DNA of 63,992 nt from Octopus bimaculoides. Taxonomy: Eukaryota. The position numbers were made by a program, and so were the translations under genes. Shown here in pieces: positions 56,579-63,992 of this stretch. The stretch lies in contig NC_068993.1 in NCBI RefSeq assembly GCF_001194135.2, positions 35,129,433 through 35,193,424 on the forward strand, in the 5' to 3' direction. A model generated the notes under the pieces. That model saw only the letters and a program-made list of their open reading frames with translations, was not told the origin of the DNA and made no database searches. Numbering within the stretch: the first letter of the stretch is position 1; every line of letters begins with the position of its first letter.

Positions 56579-57769
56579 GACATAAAGAATTTTCGTAGGA
56601 GAGTACTAAGGTAATTCGCTCAAGCCCTCTGCTTTCGGTTATCTTTTGTTGGCGTCTACCAGTTCTGAATGGTTAAGAAAGCAACGAGGAAGGAGGTTAA
56701 GAAAGAAAGAAAAAAAATAAGGAAAGACAGACAGACGAATAGATAGATAGATAGGCAGATAGAAAGACCGATTGGCTTTTTACTTTATTGACTTCGAAAG
56801 GATGAGACGTAAAGTTGGGCGCGGTGGGTTTGAACTCAAAGCGCATATAGTCGGAACGAATGTTGCAAAACATTCCTCTCTGAGCCTCTAAACATCCTGC
56901 AAAATCACTGTCATCCATTGAATCAAACAACGATTCCCCTACCCAACTATAACTAAAATAAAACTGTTTTGTACTCATGTAGGAATCCCGTGAAATAAAC
57001 TGCACTACCGACCAGCACCTGCAGCAGCAGCAGCGATAATAGTGACAGCAGCCACAAACAGCGGTATCATTACGATGGTTGCTGTTTAGCCCCCCCCCCC
57101 AGGTCATCCCTTATTGTGCAGACCTTGGAAATCTGTACTATAAGATGTGGTTGATTGTTGCGGTGGACCTAATCAGTTTTATACCGCTACCTCGTTCCTC
57201 GGTACGCTTTACAGAGTTCACTCTGTTGCACTCTGTAAAAAATAAAAACTTCTTCCTCTCTCATTTCACCAGAATAGGAGCCCCTACAATATAAAGGGTC
57301 ATAGGCGATGACCTTCCATTCCCACGTAAAAGGTAAAATAAAATCGTTCTAACTTGAGTGAACCTTATTAAATGCAAACACACGAAGTGATTTAAGGGAG
57401 AATTAGTTACTATTTCTAGTAATTATACTGTTACACAAAGGCTCTCCTCGGCAGTAGTATCAGCAGTAGCTATAACAATTGCTGTTGTTATTAATTGTTG
57501 CTGCGCTTTGTTATCGTCATTGCATTTAACCCTCGGTTGGCTGTGATTTAATAGAAGCTACGATCAGACGTATACCACCTCTGACTATGCTATCTTTTAG
57601 GGCCAGCTAGGATTAACTTACGGGAAAGATACATTTTACAATGTGGCTCGTGCAGTTTTAAAATGGAGCAGAGTGAATTGTGAGAGATTGGGTTGTTATT
57701 TCTTGTAGATCGAACTCTCACGTAGAGGCATGCTCGTTGTCTCGTTGCTGTAGCAGAATATTTAGAAAT

Positions 57770-57840
57770 TGCAACTGCAGCAACAGAAACAGCAGCAGTA
57801 GAAGCAACAGCAATGACAGAAACAGCAGCAGTAGCAGTCT

Positions 57841-57904
<64 letters not shown>

Positions 57905-58078
57905 TGAAGCAGCAAGGGCTGCTGCTGCTACAGCAGCAGCATTAACAGCAGCTACTGCATCATTGGATGTAGCAAGAATAGTAACAGTGACATCAATGGC
58001 GGCAAACACAACTGAACTTATACGCGTAACACAGAGAGTAAGAATTTATTGGTAATAGTATCGTTGTGGCGCCAGCGA

Positions 58079-58126
<48 letters not shown>

Positions 58127-58192
58127 CAGCAGCAGCAGCAACATCAGATTCAGCAATAATAGAAATATTTGTTGTTCTTCGGATTATTATTA

Positions 58193-58255
<63 letters not shown>

Positions 58256-58272
58256 TCATTATTATTATTGTT

Positions 58273-58303
<31 letters not shown>

Positions 58304-58317
58304 TTGTTGTTGTTGTT
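57770..58317. repeat. Compound trinucleotide microsatellite (AGC/AGT/ATT/GTT blocks)
   Basis: Visible directly; gives homopolymeric ORFs in all frames. Confidence 0.9.
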
Positions 58318-58456
58318 AAGGTAGCGAGCTGGCAGAATCGTTAGCACACTGGGCGAAATGCTTAGCGGTATTTGGTCTGTCTTTATGTTCTGAGTTCATA
58401 TTCCGCCGAGGTCGTCTTTGTTCTTCATCCCTTAGGGTCGATAACCTAAGTACTAG
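58318..58456 (+). mobile_element. SINE family B copy
   Basis: aaggtagcgagctggcagaatcgttagcacactgggcgaaatgcttagcgg...ttctgagttcatattccgccgaggtcg. Confidence 0.85.
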
Positions 58457-59342
58457 ACAAAGTATGTTGTCCCTGTACCAAATTTTGAGACCATTAACAT
58501 TGTCAGTAGTAGTTGTAGTTATTGTTGTTGTTGGTGTTGTTGTTGTTGTTGTATACCTGTGGTATACTATATTTTCCGACTTCAGCGGCGTACATAAAGA
58601 ATTCTTATATGTTAGATTCCTCGCCATTCCTAGCCCCATCAAGACTAACCATGTTTCATCACAGATCGAAAATACTAATATCTATTTGTATAGCGAGGAC
58701 TACATCTACAATGTACCCATTCCTTTTAAAGGTGACATTGTATTATATGAAGAAGAGTTGACTGTTATTTTTAGCATGTTTAATGACTGCATATACGCTT
58801 CTTCGTTGGCTCCGTATACCCATGATGTTGACGTTGGTGGTGTTGTTGTTGGTGATGGGTGGCGGTTTTGGCATTGCTGTTAATGCCGCCGTCGTAGCTT
58901 TTGTTGTTATTTTTTTTAATGCTGTTGCTCTAAATGTTACTGTTGCTGCTGCTGTTCTATATATTTTATAGCTGTTGCTTGTTGTTGTTGTTGTTGTTGT
59001 TGTCGTCATCGGTGGTAGTAGTGGTTGTGGTAGTGTTTGTGGTAGTGGTGGTTTTATTGCTGTTACTTTCTTGTTGCTGCTATTGCATCTTCTATATCGT
59101 CATTAGTCAGGCTTGAACCAGCAGACCTATGTATAGTAAGAATATAGCTGGATCAATACCCACCTGTAATACCTGCCTCGAGTACACCTTGTTGCACATT
59201 TCAAAATGCTGCGTGACAACGTGGGCTATTTTTTTCTCCCCTGACTCCTAAATCAGTGACTTTCAAACTGACAGATATAAGTATCCATCCCCTCTTTACA
59301 AAAGTACTGTATTTTATATCTACTTATTGACTAGCTTAGACT

Positions 59343-59712
59343 TAGATGCTTCCGCATCGAGCGAGACGTGAGGCAGTCAAAGTACTCCACCAAGACTGGT
59401 CAGCAACTACCTTCAGTGTATCGTTCCAGCGTAAGTTTACTAGCGGCATGTCTCTGTCGATCGTCTGTTTCCAGCTTATCTTGGGATTTTCCCTTGCGTC
59501 GGTGTCCCGGAAAGTTTCACTTAATGATTGGCTGGTTAGACTGTTAATTAGGAGTCTTACGATATTTCCGTACCAACTCAGTCAACGCTTACAGATAATA
59601 ATGGACACTGGGCGTTTGTCTGCTCTTCTTCTGCCCTCCTCGTTGCTGATAAAATTGTTCCATTTGGTTTCTAGCATTCCCCGGAGGCAACTGATGTCAA
59701 AAGCGTTCATTT
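59343..59712 (-). mobile_element. RTE-clade LINE 3' fragment
   Basis: Minus strand translates MNAFDISCLRGMLETKWNNFISNEEGRRR...KR*LSWYGNIVR...NPKISWKQTIDRD...W; one in-frame stop. Confidence 0.82.
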
Positions 59713-61004
59713 TCTAACAGTATACTACTTTTTCTTCACCCTACTGGTACAAGTTTTAAAAGTTTTATAACATATATGCAATTCGTCTGGCCCCTTTTAA
59801 TTTCTCAGTATTCCTCCCAAAGGATGTGGTTCCCCACCGATGAGAGACAACGCCATAGATTACTTTGTTTTGTTGCTTTAGATTTTAGCTCCAGTCAGCT
59901 TTGATGACGTATGTAATGAAAATATTCTAGTCTTCATATTTTCATTTTACGGATATATTTCATCTAGTATTATGCTATCTCGGGTGCCATTTCATTTTAC
60001 AAGACGGTAGGAACTTAAGGGATGATTTGCCTGCTATCTCTATCCAGCTGAGCATCCACATAGAGGATACTTCAGATTTTGATGTTGCTTCAGTCAAGGC
60101 GAGCGACATGGGTTCAGTTACTGCATGACATTGTTTGCCCGGATGTATCATCGTTAGAACGTAACCCAACGTGTTTAGAGCTGAGAGCCTTTTATGGTTT
60201 TATGGTTTACTGGTTGGCACATGTTGATACTAAAATTCATTGGTTGTTTAGGCATTAGTAACAATATGTGTTGCTGTTTTTATTGGTTTCGTTATTAATT
60301 GTGAGGGTGTTGTTCTTGCTGCTGTTATCTTAGAAATAGTGTTGCTCCAGTTGTTGCTTGATGGTGATAGTATCTAATTTTGCAGAAACACTGTTTTTCT
60401 TCCAAACAAATTCCTCACATTTTTTTAGTACCAATATTAAAATTAATAATAATAGTTTCTGATTTAGGGAGAAAAATCAGTAATTTCGAAAGGAAAGGGG
60501 TTGTGGGTATCATCGACTCCAGAGATAGGAAAGACAGAGTTTACCTTATTGGAATTAGAACTAAGCATTTAAAGAGACGGAAGAAATGTCGCAAATCATT
60601 TTTCCGGCGCTCAGTCGATGCTGCCATCATACCACATTAGATGGTTTCTAATTCAGGCACACGACCAGCAAATTTGAGAGAAGAGAGTTAGTCGATACCA
60701 TTCTCTCCAATACTTTACTGGTACTTTCTTTTATTGACCCAGGAGGAATGGAAAGTAGACTTAAACTTGGCGAGATTTGTAGGCATTAATGTATGTATGC
60801 ATTACATACATACATAATTGCAGGCATCGCATAGACAGAACTATGACTATGTAGTTGAGAAATTAGCTTACAAACAAAGGGGTTTTGGATTCACTCCTAC
60901 CACGTGGCTCTATAGCCAGGTGTCTTTTACTATAGCCCTGGACCAACCAAAAATTGAGCCTGAAGAAATATACTAGGCGTTTTGTCCTACGTTTTAACGA
61001 TTCA

Positions 61005-61238
61005 CATTTCTTTATTGCTCACAAGGGGCTAAACATAGAGGGGACAAAATAGGACAAACAAAGGGATTAAGTCGTTTACATTGACCACAGCGCGTAACTG
61101 GTACTTAATTTATCGACCCCGAAAGGATGAAAGGCAAAGTCAACCTCAGCGGAATTTGAACTCAGAACGTAACGGCAAACGAAATACCGCTAAGCATTTC
61201 GCCCGGCGTGCTAACGTTTCTGCCAGCTCGCCGCCTTA
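61005..61238 (-). mobile_element. Best-preserved SINE family B copy
   Basis: Minus strand aaggcggcgagctggcagaaacgttagcacgccgggcgaaatgcttagcgg...ttctgagttcaaattccgctgaggttgactttgcctttcatcctttcggggtcgataaattaagtaccagt; more decayed neighbours at about 60640-60790, 61300-61450 and 61490-61610. Confidence 0.88.
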
Positions 61239-61639
61239 ACGATTCTACCAATCTAATGCCCTACCATTTTATTGATACTAATGCTTCCTAATATCGGCAT
61301 AAGGCTAGGAATTTTTCCTCATCTTCTTTCCTTGATTTTGACCTAAACTATCACGGAAGAATGAAAGTTAAATTTGTGTAAGATCGGATTCGGTCACAGA
61401 ATCTAAAAGGCCAGACAAATACGCAGGACATTTTATCCGCCAACTTACCGATACAGTTATAATATACGATAATCATTTCTAATATAGGTACAAAGCAAGA
61501 AATATCGACCTTGGAAGGATAAAAGGTGAAGAGGGATCAGACCGGAACTTGAACATTGAATATAAAGAGCCAAAAGAAATATACAAACGCTCTAACGATT
61601 CAGCCGGCAGAAACACGCATGAAAGTGTTAGAAACATGA

Positions 61640-61643
61640 TAGC

Positions 61644-61730
<87 letters not shown>

Positions 61731-61872
61731 GATGCTGGTGCTGGTGCTGGTGGGAGCGGCGGCGGCGGCGGTGGTGGTGGTGGTAGTGGTGGTGGTTGAA
61801 GAAGAAGAAGAAGAAGAAGAAGAAGAAGAAGAAGAAGAAGAAGAAGAAGAAGCAGTAGCAGTAGTAGTAGCA
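61640..61872. repeat. Compound trinucleotide microsatellite (AGC/AGT/GGT/GCG/GAA blocks)
   Basis: Visible directly. Confidence 0.9.
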
Positions 61873-63326
61873 GTGCGAAACAGAGTATGGGAAGCAATGT
61901 AGACAGCTGGACTACCGTGTTCCAACATAACCCAAAAATTAATAAACAGCAGCTGTTCAAATCATAGCAGTTACGATCGTCATAGATGCTGCCCCGATTC
62001 AAGTCATATGACATGGTTTGTTGTTGCCATTCAATAGTAGTACCACTATTTCTAGTTACTATGGCATCGCCTGCTGCCGTAGATGCAGTCACAGTGACGT
62101 TTGCCAAGTTTCGACGGAAATTTTAACAGTCAAACTATGAAGAACATTCCTACTGCTTCTACTTTGTAGCCGGATGACACTAGCGACATGCACCGCACAT
62201 GCGCGACACGCACACACATACACACACACGCACACGCGCACACACAGAGGCACACATGCACATACCTCAATGCATGTATACATATATTCTCTCTCTCAGA
62301 TGTGTGTGTGTGTGTGTTACTTCTATCTATCATTGGGCAGCAGCAATACTTTGATACCATCCTGAAAGGGTTTAGTTGAACAAATCATATCCGGTCCTTA
62401 TTCTATCGTTCTTAGCGCTGAGTTGCGTCGACGTAAAAAAACCATCACTGCTTTTCAAACGCTGATGGCGGCGAACACATGCACATAAATACATGCACAC
62501 ACACACACACACGCACATATATGTATATAGGACGGGCTACTTTCAGTCTTCATCTACCAAATCCACTGACACGGAATAGGTCGGCCCGAGGCTATATAGA
62601 AGAAGACACATGTATAAAGAGCGGGCAGTGGGACTGAACACAAAACAGTATGGTTGGAAATATATATATATATANNNNNNNNNNNNNNNNNNNNNNNNNN
62701 NNNNNNNNNNNNNNNNNNNNNNNNNNNNNNNNNNNNNNNNNNNNNNNNNNNNNNNNNNNNNNNNNNNNNNNNNNNNNNNNNNNNNNNNNNNNNNNNNNNN
62801 NNNNNNNNNNNNNNNNNNNNNNNNNNNNNNNNNNNNNNNNNNNNNNNNNNNNNNNNNNNNNNNNNNNNNNNNNNNNNNNNNNNNNNNNNNNNNNNNNNNN
62901 NNNNNNNNNNNNNNNNNNNNNNNNNNNNNNNNNNNNNNNNNNNNNNNNNNNNNNNNNNNNNNNNNNNNNNNNNNNNNNNNNNNNNNNNNNNNNNNNNNNN
63001 NNNNNNNNNNNNNNNNNNNNNNNNNNNNNNNNNNNNNNNNNNNNNNNNNNNNNNNNNNNNNNNNNNNNNNNNNNNNNNNNNNNNNNNNNNNNNNNNNNNN
63101 NNNNNNNNNNNNNNNNNNNNNNNNNNNNNNNNNNNNNNNNNNNNNNNNNNNNNNNNNNNNNNNNNNNNNNNNNNNNNNNNNNNNNNNNNNNNNNNNNNNN
63201 NNNNNNNNNNNNNNNNNNNNNNNNNNNNNNNNNNNNNNNNNNNNNNNNNNNNNNNNNNNNNNNNNNNNNNNNNNNNNNNNNNNNNNNNNNNNNNNNNNNN
63301 NNNNNNNNNNNNNNNNNNNNNNNNNN

Positions 63327-63371
<45 letters not shown>

Positions 63372-63590
63372 TACACACATAAATATATGGACACACACGT
63401 ATGTATTTATATATATGTATGTATATGTATATATGTGTGTGTGTGTGAATTGTATCAATGTGTGTGTGTGTGTGCACACATATACATACATACATACATA
63501 CATGAACTCAGATAACCTAAAATAAAAACGAAAAGGAATAATGTTCATTTACAAATCTATGCGCATATGCATGCATGCGGCGTGTGTGTG

Positions 63591-63737
63591 TGTCACGTTG
63601 AATCTCCCCGAGAACTACGTTAAGGGTACACGTGTCTGTGGAGTGCTCAGCCACTTACGCGTTAATTCCACGAGCGTAATGTTCCGTTGATTGGATGAAC
63701 TGGAGCCCTCATCGTCGTAACTTACGGAGTGCCACGA
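63591..63737 (+). mobile_element. SINE family C 3' half
   Basis: Reverse complement of 12541-12690 (ccccgagaactacgttaagggtacacgtgtctgtggagtgctcagccact). Confidence 0.88.
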
Positions 63738-63845
63738 TATATATATATATATATATATTTCGTATGTGTATTTCGTGTGCAAGATTCTTGATGTGGATAC
63801 GTGTGTTGAAAGAAATACAATTAAACCTTGGGAGAGGCATTATGC

Positions 63846-63992
63846 CGGTAATAAACACACGCACTGGTTCAGTCCTTTATTAATTTATATAGTTTTTTGT
63901 TACTGAAGAGATTGCAAGAGTGCAATGAAATAATTTAACAAAAAACTATATAAATTAATAAAGGACTGAACCAGTGCGTGTGTTTATTACCG
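63846..63992. repeat. Perfect inverted repeat: 57-bp arms (63846-63902 and 63936-63992), 33-nt spacer; may extend past the window
   Basis: cggtaataaacacacgcactggttcagtcc...ttttttgtta and taacaaaaaa...ggactgaaccagtgcgtgtgtttattaccg are exact reverse complements. Confidence 0.95.

Overview
Eukaryotic, AT-rich, microsatellite-saturated genomic DNA from a gapped short-read assembly. The repeat content points to an octopus (inference). There are no prokaryotic features and no CRISPR array. The one protein-coding gene I can support is an NMDA-type ionotropic glutamate receptor subunit, most like GluN3, on the minus strand. Three GT-AG exons (38688-38555, 16346-16196, 13287-12997) splice in frame to a 192-aa fragment covering the S2 ligand-binding lobe, M4 and the start of the cytoplasmic tail. 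The first of these exons is absent from the ORF track. I could not find the upstream (ATD, S1, M1-M3) or terminal exons, so the rest of the window is probably intronic. It holds tRNA-derived SINEs of at least three families, decayed RTE LINEs, an R4/Dong-like restriction-endonuclease LINE fragment inside a (TACA)n array, a Penelope GIY-YIG remnant, mariner remnants and MITEs, minisatellites and two near-perfect fold-back inverted repeats. The most interesting signal is the atypical agonist pocket of the receptor (GGSAVE, YLGD, and His replacing the conserved KW tryptophan), which suggests non-canonical ligand specificity. I found no evidence for a wholly new multi-gene system. Most ORF-track entries are microsatellite or N-gap artefacts.
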